DNA of 64,000 nucleotides from Bacillota bacterium (GCA_013178305.1 JABLXB010000006.1:25921-89920), one strand, 5' to 3'; numbered from the stretch's first letter, positions 34,480-43,705 are shown. Made by a program: numbers and translations. Notes: generated by a model not told the origin, from the letters alone.

Positions 34480-35748
34480 GTGTCGCCAGCCATCCTTACA
34501 TTACTGATCTTGTTGGGTGCGGTGTTATGCTTCCTGTTTGAGGTGTTCCCGCTCGCCATCACATCGCTTCTGGTGGTGGTAGCCCTTTCGGTGAGCAAGG
34601 TCCTCACCCCAAAAGAGGCCCTGGCGGGGTTCTCGAACGACACGACAATCTTGATCTGGTTCATGGCCCCCGTCGGTGAGGCGCTGTTCAAGACAGGGTT
34701 CGGCAACTGGATAGGTCAGAAGGCTCTGGCATGGGCCGGCAAGAGCCAGATCAAGCTCATCGCGGCGATCATGACGGCCGCCGCAGTACTATCCGCTTTC
34801 AGTAGCAACACTGGGACCACGCTCGTCATGGCGCCCCTCGTAGTGGCCATGGCGGCGGTCGTCGAGGTTAGCCCGAGTGTCCTGCTCCTGCCCCTGGCGT
34901 ACGCCGCGTCGTTCGGCGGCATGCTCACCCTGATCGGTACGCCGCCGAACATGATCGCAAATGGCGCCCTCAAGGACGCCACCAAGGGCGCCATGCAATT
35001 CGGGTTCTTCGATTTCGGCAAGGTGGCCCTGCCCGTTACGATTCTCGGTATCCTGTACATGATGCATATCGGCCGCAAGCAAGTTCCGGCGAGGCTCCCC
35101 GTCGCCAAGGCCGCGGACATAAAACAACAGGCTTACAAAACCGACAAAATGTGGACGTCCGTCGCCATTCTCGTCATCGTCGTCGTGGCCATGTTCTTTG
35201 AGCAGCAGATTTCGCAGTTCGGGCTCAACCTGGCGGTCATCGCGGTAGCGGGCGCGATCCTGACCGTGGTCACCAGGTGCCTCACTATCAAGGAGTTCCA
35301 CGGCAGCGTGGAGTGGACGGCCGTCATCCTGTTCGCTGGAATGCTCCCGCTCGGCACCGCCATGCAGAAGACCGGCGCCGCGAAGATGGTGGCGGAGTGG
35401 TTCATCAAGTTGCTGCCATCGCCCAGCCCTATGCTGCTGACCGCCATGGTCATCCTGGGCGCGGGCGTCCTGGCGCAGTTCATGTCGCACACCGCGGCGA
35501 CCAGCATCCTGGCCCCGGTGTGCGTGGCGCTCGCCGGGCAGCTGAAGGTAAGCCCGGCGCCCCTCCTGATGGCGCTGTGCCAGGCGACCTCGATAGCCAT
35601 GGCCACCCCGATCGGGACGCCGCCGAACGTCATCGTGTACGAGAAGGGCGGCTACAAGTTTTCCGACTTCACGGTAACCGGACTGCCGATATTCATCTTC
35701 AGCTGGATCATCCTTACGATCCTGGTGCCGGTGGTCATCCCATTCTAG
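34480..35748 (+). CDS. SLC13/DASS-type (ArsB/NhaD superfamily) anion/dicarboxylate permease
   Basis: GTG after GGGGAGGGG. 422-aa polytopic protein with the duplicated hairpin motif GTPPN (LIGTPPNMI and PIGTPPNVI). Confidence 0.85.
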   Translation: MSPAILTLLILLGAVLCFLFEVFPLAITSLLVVVALSVSKVLTPKEALAGFSNDTTILIWFMAPVGEALFKTGFGNWIGQKALAWAGKSQIKLIAAIMTAAAVLSAFSSNTGTTLVMAPLVVAMAAVVEVSPSVLLLPLAYAASFGGMLTLIGTPPNMIANGALKDATKGAMQFGFFDFGKVALPVTILGILYMMHIGRKQVPARLPVAKAADIKQQAYKTDKMWTSVAILVIVVVAMFFEQQISQFGLNLAVIAVAGAILTVVTRCLTIKEFHGSVEWTAVILFAGMLPLGTAMQKTGAAKMVAEWFIKLLPSPSPMLLTAMVILGAGVLAQFMSHTAATSILAPVCVALAGQLKVSPAPLLMALCQATSIAMATPIGTPPNVIVYEKGGYKFSDFTVTGLPIFIFSWIILTILVPVVIPF

Positions 35749-35772
35749 GCCACACCCCGCCTGGAAAACTGA

Positions 35773-35799
35773 GAGGGGCCGTGAATCTCGCGGCCCCTC
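35773..35799. terminator. Bidirectional hairpin between convergent genes
   Basis: GAGGGGCCG, 9-nt loop, CGGCCCCTC. Weak A/T runs on both sides. Confidence 0.45.
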
Positions 35800-35828
35800 A
35801 ATAATCCCCCCGGGCGGCCGGGCGATCC

Positions 35829-38800
35829 CTACGGCTGCGTGGGTGCCTGGATCCTGAGGGTGTTCACGGTGACCGAACTCTGATCGCTGGTGGCGGTCTC
35901 GCGGTCGCCTTCCGCAAACACCGCGACATATTTGCCGGATTGCCCCGGCGTGAACTGGTACGAGTATTTTCCGTCCGAACCGGTGGTCACCGTGGCCTTG
36001 AGCGTTCGCTGCTGGATCACTGCAGTGCCCGTCACGGCTGCCTCCGTGACCTCGTATATCTTCACGGGTTTGCCGGCCACCGGGCTGGATACGGCTATCA
36101 CGTCCGAGACCTGTATGCGGCTGGTAAGTTCCCCGGTCAATGTGACTGACTGTCCGGCCAGGATGGCCACCGTCCCTGGCTCCAGCGCGATGTTATACTG
36201 GACCTGCGGCTGGGTGACTGCAATCACGGCCTGGTTGCTCGCCGCAAGTTCCTGGGTGCCCTCCGAGTAGACGGCGACGAAGGTCCCATTCTGGGCCGGT
36301 GTGAACTCGTACGAATACTCGCCGCCGCTGCCCGTGGTTACGGTGGCCTTCAGTGCCCGCTGCGTCGAGCGTGCGGCCGCGCTAGATGTGACCTCGTATA
36401 TCTTGATCTGCTTCCCGGGGAGCGGCGTACCCGTACTGACTGCGATGACGGTGGCCGGGCGCGACGTCAGGGCGCCACTCAGCGTGACAACCTGCCCCGC
36501 TGTCACTGAGGCCTGCGCCGGCCGCAGCGTAAGGTCGTAAACAAGCGCGGCCCTGGTCAGGGTGATTGTCGACGTGTCGCTCCTCGCCAGTTCCTGGTCG
36601 TCCTCAGAGAACAGGGCTACGTAGGTGGCGGTCTCTGCGGGGGCGAAGGAAAATTTGTAGACGCCGTCACCCGCGGTGGTCACGGTCCCCTTGAGGGTCT
36701 TGACCTCGTCGCCGCCGGTTGTGGCGCCCTGCTCGACCTTGAATATCCTGACGGTCTTGCCCGCGACCGGGGTCTCCGGCGCCGCCGTTGCGGCTGTCTG
36801 GGCCGTGGTCGTCAGTTTGCCGCTCAGGGTTACGGTCTGGCCGTACGTCACCGTGGCGGCGTCCGGCTCGAGGGTCAGGTTATACTGAGCAAGCGGGATG
36901 ATGGGCATCTGCAGCAGCCGGAGGTGCGTGAAATCGAGCCAGTTGGGGTCGAGCACCCGCTTGCCCGGCCCAACGTCCAGGTACCTGATACCCGGCGACG
37001 GCATGTAAGCCACCCTTTTCAGCCTGTCGCGGGCTTCGGCCACCTGGCGTTTTTCGGCATCGCTCTTTGCCTTCCCGGCGCCGGGAATCTGCACGGACGC
37101 CGGCAGCGACTGGGTTACTGTGTAGTCCTTCATCTGGGTGTGGAGGTGCACCGGCTCTCTCGTGGGGATGAACGGTATCGGCCTGAGTGTCGGGTCGCCA
37201 AGGAATACCTGGCTGTAATACCGTTTCGGAGAGCCGGGGTCCGGCGGATTCTTCGCCCAGTTCGATGGCCAGGCGTCGTAGCTCATGTACGCGCGCTGGT
37301 TCAGCATGTACGACTGGCCCAGGTTCATGCCGGAGGCCAGCATCTTGTAGAAGACGCCGGTGTCGTGCGGGCCGACCGTGGTGTTGCCCAGCACGGCGAG
37401 CGCGCCCGATTTGAACAGGTATTCCGTCCCAAGGTTGTTCGCCCTGGTGTAGTCCGATGTGTCGCATCCCTGGAGGTAGTAGAAGAGGGCCTTCCAGTTC
37501 ACCGCCGCGTGGAAAATCGACCCTTCGGGGGACCACGCCCAGTCCTTCTTCGAGTCGTCCCAGTAATGCTGCCCGAACTCGTGTACGTTCGGGCCGGAAT
37601 GCATCAGTGATTCCACCCAGAGGAACCGGCCGTTCTTGAGCCGCGCCTCGTAATCGGACGACCAGGTGATGTTCTTGCCGTTGACGTAGCGGTTCACCGG
37701 GGCGGACGACGCTGCAGTGCCGCTGTCCGCCACGATCGGGCCGGGCCATACCTCGGCTATCGAGTTGACCAGCGAGGGGGCCATATCCTTCCAGTCGTTA
37801 TCGTAATACAGCATCCTGTCGCGGCAGGCCACGTCCTCGCCCTTCTGCCCCTGGGGGATCTGTGGGTAGTGGCCGTGTCTATAGGCGTGATTCTGCGTGA
37901 AGTACTCGTTTATCATCTGGGCCTCTTTCGCAGGGTCGGGCTTGCCCGTACCAGGATCCAGGCACAAGGGGCCGGGCATGATCCGCCCTATCCACAGCTC
38001 GGGCTTCGCCCCACCCTTGCCGTGGTCCGGGAGGGTCTTCCACTTCGGCGAATTGAAGTCGTCTACCGTGCATTCCGAATCGATCGGGATTATGTTTGGG
38101 TCGACAGTGGATATGAACGGATTGCCCTCGTCGTCGACATAGTCCCAGTTCCCGTTCATGTCGGTGAGATACAGGTCGCAGGCGAAAGTTCCCTCGTACG
38201 GCTGTCCCTTGTCGTTCTTGCCTATTCGCTGGTGGACCCAGGGGATTGGGAGATCGCCGACGAGTACGACGCCCGACCCGTACTTGAAGTCGTCGAGTGA
38301 CAGATTGTTAACCAGCACCGCCCCGGCCAGCCCCGCCCACCACTGCCTGATGAACTGCTTGAGGTCGCGGTGGTCGCCCCAGGCTGTCATGTAGACGTCA
38401 GATGCGTACCCTTCGGCCGCGAGATCGGCTGTGTACGTTGCTATAGATGACTTGACGGCGTTGTACACATTATGGTCGACGAGGACGAGCACGGTTCCGA
38501 GCCTGGTTGGCCTCGAGGCATTCCTCGACTCCGGCTTCCGCTGCGCCCAGAACGTGCCGTGTACGCCCGTGAGGTCCGCCGTCACTGCCTGTACGCCGGC
38601 CTTGGCCTTGACCAGCACCTTCCGCTCGGTTCCATCCCAATCGACGGCCGCTCCGAGCGCCTCGCTTACGAAACGCACCGGCACCATCGTCCTGTCGTTC
38701 ACGATCTTCGGCGCGACGTCGAGGGGTACTTGCTCATCCTGGCTGGTAGTGGGGCCGTTCTCCTGAGCGAACCCGTCAACCCATGGCAGCAGCTCGGTAA

Positions 38801-39113
38801 CGATCGAGGCCTGCGGGTTGCCGACCTGAAGGCTGATCGTCCTCCTGCCCTTCCTGGCGGTGATGCGCCTTTCCGCCCCGTTCCACTCGATAGTGGCGCC
38901 GAGCGCTTCGAAGATGGCGCGGAGCGGAACGAGCGTCCGCCCCTGGTCGATGATCGGGGCCACGTCCAGCGAGAGCGGGTTATCGTCGACGAGTACCCGG
39001 ATCTCATTCGGCGGCTCGGGTTGTGGGTTGATCGCCGAAGACGGGGCCGAAATAAGGCAGGCGAGCATCGCCGCCAGTAACGATACACATACAATCCTTC
39101 GCCCGGGTCCCAT
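35829..39113 (-). CDS. Large secreted multidomain protein: signal peptide, two copper-amine-oxidase-N-like (stalk) domains, central possible C25/gingipain-like domain, three C-terminal Ig-like repeats
   Basis: 1094 aa. Signal peptide MGPGRRIVCVSLLAAMLACLISAPSSA. Stalk-domain signatures LVPLRAIFEALGATIEWNG and MVPVRFVSEALGAAVDWDG. Central VVLVGDLPIPW, ELWIGRI, LMHSGPNVHEF, YYLQGCDTSDY (tentative His/Cys dyad). Confidence 0.8.
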   Translation of the reverse strand: MGPGRRIVCVSLLAAMLACLISAPSSAINPQPEPPNEIRVLVDDNPLSLDVAPIIDQGRTLVPLRAIFEALGATIEWNGAERRITARKGRRTISLQVGNPQASIVTELLPWVDGFAQENGPTTSQDEQVPLDVAPKIVNDRTMVPVRFVSEALGAAVDWDGTERKVLVKAKAGVQAVTADLTGVHGTFWAQRKPESRNASRPTRLGTVLVLVDHNVYNAVKSSIATYTADLAAEGYASDVYMTAWGDHRDLKQFIRQWWAGLAGAVLVNNLSLDDFKYGSGVVLVGDLPIPWVHQRIGKNDKGQPYEGTFACDLYLTDMNGNWDYVDDEGNPFISTVDPNIIPIDSECTVDDFNSPKWKTLPDHGKGGAKPELWIGRIMPGPLCLDPGTGKPDPAKEAQMINEYFTQNHAYRHGHYPQIPQGQKGEDVACRDRMLYYDNDWKDMAPSLVNSIAEVWPGPIVADSGTAASSAPVNRYVNGKNITWSSDYEARLKNGRFLWVESLMHSGPNVHEFGQHYWDDSKKDWAWSPEGSIFHAAVNWKALFYYLQGCDTSDYTRANNLGTEYLFKSGALAVLGNTTVGPHDTGVFYKMLASGMNLGQSYMLNQRAYMSYDAWPSNWAKNPPDPGSPKRYYSQVFLGDPTLRPIPFIPTREPVHLHTQMKDYTVTQSLPASVQIPGAGKAKSDAEKRQVAEARDRLKRVAYMPSPGIRYLDVGPGKRVLDPNWLDFTHLRLLQMPIIPLAQYNLTLEPDAATVTYGQTVTLSGKLTTTAQTAATAAPETPVAGKTVRIFKVEQGATTGGDEVKTLKGTVTTAGDGVYKFSFAPAETATYVALFSEDDQELARSDTSTITLTRAALVYDLTLRPAQASVTAGQVVTLSGALTSRPATVIAVSTGTPLPGKQIKIYEVTSSAAARSTQRALKATVTTGSGGEYSYEFTPAQNGTFVAVYSEGTQELAASNQAVIAVTQPQVQYNIALEPGTVAILAGQSVTLTGELTSRIQVSDVIAVSSPVAGKPVKIYEVTEAAVTGTAVIQQRTLKATVTTGSDGKYSYQFTPGQSGKYVAVFAEGDRETATSDQSSVTVNTLRIQAPTQP
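35865..36887 (-). repeat. Three tandem coding repeats of ~114-115 codons within the 1094-aa protein gene
   Basis: Repeat consensus by eye: QYNLxLEP..V..GQ.VTLSG.LTS..P.AGK.(I/V)KIYEVT....LKATVTTG.DG.Y.Y.FTP...G.YVAV..EG..E.A.S....(I/V)TV. Unit boundaries at ~36887, 36542 and 36200. Confidence 0.8.
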
Positions 39114-39324
39114 CCTGAAAGACCTCCTTCAATCGGGCCGGCCAGGTTTGAGCTGCCAGCCGGATGCGTACGGACCTGCGCCTCCAAATCCAGATTGATT
39201 CGCCGCGCTCCCACATTATTCCTGTGGTTGTGCCGGATTCACGGTGGCCGCTATTGTGTTGCCGGGTATAGTGGGATATGATAGGCGATGAGCACAATTC
39301 TGTGCACACTGGGCTCTGGGGAAG

Positions 39325-39858
39325 GTGGTGCGGGTGGACATCATCAGAATAGGGGACAAGGTCGTGAGCAGGGAGCGAATTGTCCACGCCATCGACAGGA
39401 TCCTGGAACTCCGGGCGTCGGGGCTCCCCCAGCAGGAAGTGGCCGCCCGGATGGCGATAGACCGTGCGTTCGTCTCGAAGGTCGAGAGCATGGGCGAGGT
39501 CAGGCGCGGCGGAAGAGTGGCGCTCATCGGCTTCCCTGTCGGGAACAAAGAGGAACTCCGCCGGGTCGCGTCGTCGGAAGGAGTGGACCTCATTCTTCTG
39601 ATGAACGACGAGGAAAGGTGGGACTTCGTCCGCGGGAAGAGCGGGGACGTCCTCCTGAACGAGATCATGGGCCTGATTGCCGAGGCGAAGAATTACGACG
39701 TGGTCGTTTTCATCGGTTCGGATATGAGGATAAAGCTTGCCGAGGCGCTCCTCGGCCCCAAAGTGGTCGGGATCGAGCTCGGGATCTCGCCCATCAAGGA
39801 GGACAAGTACGTAGACCCCAACATGCTGAGGGACACCATAAGGAGTCTCAGGGTCTAG
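39325..39858 (+). CDS. Putative HTH-domain regulator with uncharacterised C-terminal domain (177 aa)
   Basis: GTG after GGGGAAGG. HTH-like GLPQQEVAARMAIDRAFVSKVE. First gene of a three-gene operon. Confidence 0.55.
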   Translation: MVRVDIIRIGDKVVSRERIVHAIDRILELRASGLPQQEVAARMAIDRAFVSKVESMGEVRRGGRVALIGFPVGNKEELRRVASSEGVDLILLMNDEERWDFVRGKSGDVLLNEIMGLIAEAKNYDVVVFIGSDMRIKLAEALLGPKVVGIELGISPIKEDKYVDPNMLRDTIRSLRV

Positions 39859-39882
39859 ACTTCGCGGATTGGAGATGAGACT

Positions 39883-40788
39883 GTGAAGAGAATCGTGAGC
39901 GTCAGCCTCGGATCCTCGAAGAGGGATCATTCTGTGAGGGTGACGGTGCTCGGCCAGGAATTCCAGGTCGAGAGGGTGGGCACCGACGGCGACATGAACA
40001 AGGCCATCCAGATGGTCAAGGACCTCGACGGCAAAGTGGACGTCTTCGGGATGGGCGGGATAGACCTGTACATATGCGCGGGGAACCGGAGGTACATGTT
40101 CCGCGACGCCAGGAAGATCGCCGCGGCGGCCAGGAAAACGCCTATGGTCGACGGCTCAGGCCTCAAGAACACGCTCGAGCGCAGGGTGGTCGAATACATC
40201 GCCAGGCACGACGTCATCCCGCTCAAAGGGCGCAGAGTGCTCCTCGTCTCAGGAGTTGACCGGTTCGGGATGGCCGAGGCGCTGACCGGGGCCGGCTGCG
40301 AGATGATGTTCGGCGACCTGATATTCGCGCTCGGAATCCCGGCCCCCATCAGATCGCTCCGCGCGCTTGACATCCTCGCTCGCCTCATCGCGCCCATCAT
40401 AGTGCGGCTTCCATTCGAGATGGTGTACCCGACGGGCAAGAAGCAGGAGTCCACTACCCCGAAGTACGCTCGCTACTACCACTGGGCGGACATCATCGCG
40501 GGGGACTACCATTTCATCCGCAGGTACATGCCGGTGCATCTGGACGGCAAGGTGATCCTGACGAACACGGTCACGTCGTCCGACGTGGAGGATCTGAGGG
40601 GGAGGGGCGTGGCCACGCTGATTACCACGACCCCCGAACTGGAGGGGCGGTCGTTCGGCACGAACGTAATGGAGGGCCTGCTCGTGGCGCTGTCCGGCAA
40701 ACCGGCGACAGAGATCACCCCGGCGGATTACCTGGAACTCATAGACAAAATCGGGTTCGTCCCCAGGATCGAACGCCTATCGCGTTAG
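39883..40788 (+). CDS. Uncharacterised conserved protein (family often annotated as quinate 5-dehydrogenase)
   Basis: 301 aa. N-terminus MKRIVSVSLGSSKRDHSVRVTVLGQEFQVERVGTDGD..GMGGIDLY..GNRRY matches a conserved Firmicute family I recall under that annotation. Function not established. Confidence 0.65.
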   Translation: MKRIVSVSLGSSKRDHSVRVTVLGQEFQVERVGTDGDMNKAIQMVKDLDGKVDVFGMGGIDLYICAGNRRYMFRDARKIAAAARKTPMVDGSGLKNTLERRVVEYIARHDVIPLKGRRVLLVSGVDRFGMAEALTGAGCEMMFGDLIFALGIPAPIRSLRALDILARLIAPIIVRLPFEMVYPTGKKQESTTPKYARYYHWADIIAGDYHFIRRYMPVHLDGKVILTNTVTSSDVEDLRGRGVATLITTTPELEGRSFGTNVMEGLLVALSGKPATEITPADYLELIDKIGFVPRIERLSR

Positions 40789-40817
40789 GGGACGCCCGGT
40801 GGGAGGACGGAGCAGAA

Positions 40818-43523
40818 TTGCCTGAGACTGAACTTACCGTAACACATCCTTTTGCGGAGCACGTTAACCCGCACCTCGCGCGGCTCTTGAAGAAGATCAA
40901 CATGGACAAGTCGTTCGTGCGCGGCGAGGGCTGTTACCTTTACGACTCGGAAGGAAGGCGCTACGTGGACCTCATAGCGTCCTACGGGGCGCTGCCGTTC
41001 GGCTTCAACCCGCCCGCGATCTGGGACGCGATTCTCGCGGTTCGCGATACGCTCGAACCCAGTTTCGTGCAGCCGTCGTACCTGAACGCCGCCGGCGAAC
41101 TCGCCCGGCGGCTCGCGAGCGTCGCGCCCGGCGGGCTGTCGCGCGTGACATTCACGAACAGCGGGGCGGAGGCGGTGGAGGCCGCCATAAAGGCGTGCAG
41201 GGCAGCCACGGGCAGGCTGCGGATACTCGCCGCCAGGAACAGCTTCCACGGGAAGACCCTGGGCGCGCTCTCGGCCACCGGCAGAGAGGCGTACCAGAAA
41301 GTGTTCGGCGCCCCGGTCGAGGGGTTCGACTTTGTCCCGTACGGTGACGCGCAGGCCATTGAGGGTGTCTTCAAGTCCCGCGGCGGGGAGTACGCCGCGG
41401 TGATCCTCGAACCCATACAGGGGGAGGGTGGTATAGTGACGCCCCCGGCGGGCTTCCTCAAAGAGGTCCGCGAATTGTGCGACAGGTACGAGGTCCCGCT
41501 AGTCCTGGATGAGATCCAGACCGGCCTGGGTCGTACCGGCAGGCTCTTCGCTTGCGAGGAGGAGGGAGTCGTGCCCGACGTCATGCTCCTCGCGAAGGCG
41601 CTGGGCGGCGGGATAGTCCCGATAGGCGCTGTGCTGTGCTCCGAGCGGGTGTACACCGAGGAATTCGCCATGAAACACTCCTCCACGTTCGCGGGTAACA
41701 CGCTGGCCTGCCGCGCCGGGATCGCCGCGCTCGATCTGCTGACCGCCGGTGAGTGCGCGCTGATCAAGCAAGTCAAGGCAAACGGCGCCGTGCTGAAGGA
41801 AGGGTTGGAGGACGTTCAGCGCAGGTACCCGCACGCCCTTCGCTCCATCCGCGGGCGTGGATTCATGCTGGGGCTCGAGTTCGGTATCACGCGGGACACG
41901 TTCACCGGCGGTCTTCTCGGGGTAATGGCGGAGCAGGAGCTGCTCACGCCGGTCGTGTCCAGTTACCTTTTGAACATAGAGGGCCTCCGGGTAGCTCCGA
42001 CTTTGAACGGGGCTGATGTAATAAGGATCGAACCACCCCTCATCATGTCGGAGTCGCAGTGCAGGGAAGCGATCGAGGGGATAGGGCGAGCCGTGTCAGT
42101 GCTTGCCTCGGGCAACACCGCTCGTCTCCTGAGCCACCTCGTGGCGGGGGCGGGGCGGGGATCCGGCGCGGTGACGGGGGCGGCAGGGCGCGGTGGCGAG
42201 CGGGTCGCGCCCGCGGCGCCATCGCCTCATATCGAGCCCGGACCGTCAGGCGACCCGCAGGAGGGGCGATTCGCGTTCCTCCTACACCCGCTCACGCTCA
42301 GGAATTACCCCGAGTTCGACGAGAGCCTCTCCGCGTTCAGTGAACCAGAGCTCGGGGAACTGGCGGAGCGGTGGAACGACCTCGTGGAGCCGTTCGTCCT
42401 GTCGCGCGCGAGGGTTGTGTCGAAGACGGGAGCATCCGCGTACGGCGAGTTCATCGCTGTACCGCGGACCACTGAGCAGCTCCTCGAGCGGAGCCGAGAC
42501 GACGTACTCGGCATAATCAAGCGTGCGGTCGAGCTGGCGAGAGCCAACGGCGCGAGGGTCGTCGGACTGGGGGCGTACACGTCGATAGGTTCGCGGGGAG
42601 GCCGCGACCTGCTCGGCGAGGGCGTGGCGGTGACTACGGGTAACAGCTATACCGTCGTTTCGGCGGTAGAGGCCGTCGCGAGGTCGCTCGAGCGGCTGGG
42701 CGTCGACCCGCTCGACACGACAATGTGCGTGGTCGGCGCCACGGGCTCCATCGGCCGCGCGACCGCGATTCTCCTCTCGGAGTTCGCGCCGCGCCTGGCT
42801 CTCGTCGGCAACCCCAGGTGGCCGGATAGAAGCCGCAGGCGGCTTCTCGAAGTGGGCGCGGGCGCGTGCAGGCACCTGTCCGGCCAGATCAGGAAGGGTA
42901 GGGTTTTTTCGCGGGGCAGCATCGGAGACTGGATCCAGGCGCGCGGTATCCCCGCGGAAGACTGCGCGGCAGGGGATTACGCCGCAATAGCCGCGGGGCT
43001 CGAGCGGGATGGGCTGCTGACAGTCACCACCGATTCCGACAGGTGCGTGGCAATGTCCGACGTCGTCGTGACCGCCACCAGCACGCTCGCCACCCTGGTC
43101 ACCCCGGGGAACGTGAAGTCCGGGGCAGTCGTGTGCGACCTTTCGAGGCCGCCCAACGTTAGCCGCGAGATCAGCGAATCGAGGCCCGACGTCCTCGTCA
43201 TCGACGGCGGGGTCGTGGCGCTGCCCGGGCTTCCGTCGCTCGGGTGGAATTTCGGCTTCGAGCAGGGCCTGGCCTACGCCTGCATGGCCGAAACCATTAT
43301 GCTCGCGCTGGAGCATCACTACGAGCACACCAGCATCGGGCTGGACCTCGACATAGACAGGGTAACGTTCATGCGCGAACTCGCCGCCAAACACGGGTTC
43401 GGGCTGGCGGACCTGCGGAGCTTCGACAGGCCGCTGTCCCCCGCGGAATGGGAGAAGGTCGTGGCGGCGCGCCGGAGAGGCGGCCTGGCGGGGGAATTCG
43501 TGACGCGGGTCACGGCGGGCTAG
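40818..43523 (+). CDS. Fusion: class-III PLP aminotransferase (N) + acyl-ACP-reductase-like / shikimate-DH-fold NAD(P) oxidoreductase (C)
   Basis: 901 aa, TTG after GGGAGGA. N-domain: FHGKTLGALSATG, DEIQTGLGRTGRLFA, LLAKALGGG (PLP-Lys context). C-domain colinear with cyanobacterial AAR: GLGAYTSIG, VTTGNSYTV, VVGATGSIG, and YACMAETIML at the position of the AAR catalytic-Cys segment. Confidence 0.8.
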   Translation: MPETELTVTHPFAEHVNPHLARLLKKINMDKSFVRGEGCYLYDSEGRRYVDLIASYGALPFGFNPPAIWDAILAVRDTLEPSFVQPSYLNAAGELARRLASVAPGGLSRVTFTNSGAEAVEAAIKACRAATGRLRILAARNSFHGKTLGALSATGREAYQKVFGAPVEGFDFVPYGDAQAIEGVFKSRGGEYAAVILEPIQGEGGIVTPPAGFLKEVRELCDRYEVPLVLDEIQTGLGRTGRLFACEEEGVVPDVMLLAKALGGGIVPIGAVLCSERVYTEEFAMKHSSTFAGNTLACRAGIAALDLLTAGECALIKQVKANGAVLKEGLEDVQRRYPHALRSIRGRGFMLGLEFGITRDTFTGGLLGVMAEQELLTPVVSSYLLNIEGLRVAPTLNGADVIRIEPPLIMSESQCREAIEGIGRAVSVLASGNTARLLSHLVAGAGRGSGAVTGAAGRGGERVAPAAPSPHIEPGPSGDPQEGRFAFLLHPLTLRNYPEFDESLSAFSEPELGELAERWNDLVEPFVLSRARVVSKTGASAYGEFIAVPRTTEQLLERSRDDVLGIIKRAVELARANGARVVGLGAYTSIGSRGGRDLLGEGVAVTTGNSYTVVSAVEAVARSLERLGVDPLDTTMCVVGATGSIGRATAILLSEFAPRLALVGNPRWPDRSRRRLLEVGAGACRHLSGQIRKGRVFSRGSIGDWIQARGIPAEDCAAGDYAAIAAGLERDGLLTVTTDSDRCVAMSDVVVTATSTLATLVTPGNVKSGAVVCDLSRPPNVSREISESRPDVLVIDGGVVALPGLPSLGWNFGFEQGLAYACMAETIMLALEHHYEHTSIGLDLDIDRVTFMRELAAKHGFGLADLRSFDRPLSPAEWEKVVAARRRGGLAGEFVTRVTAG

Positions 43524-43705
43524 GGTTTCACCTGGGCAGGGGGCGCTGCGCCCGTCAGCAGGCGGGGCAGCGCCTCAATACTGCATCTCGTGAAATTTGT
43601 CTCAGAGCGTGCAAAAAAGTCCTCCCGGTAAGGCAGGTTTTGCGGGGGATGGAGCGAACAACTCACGATGGTTTCGCAGCAAGAACGCCATGGAGGTAAC
43701 GAACG

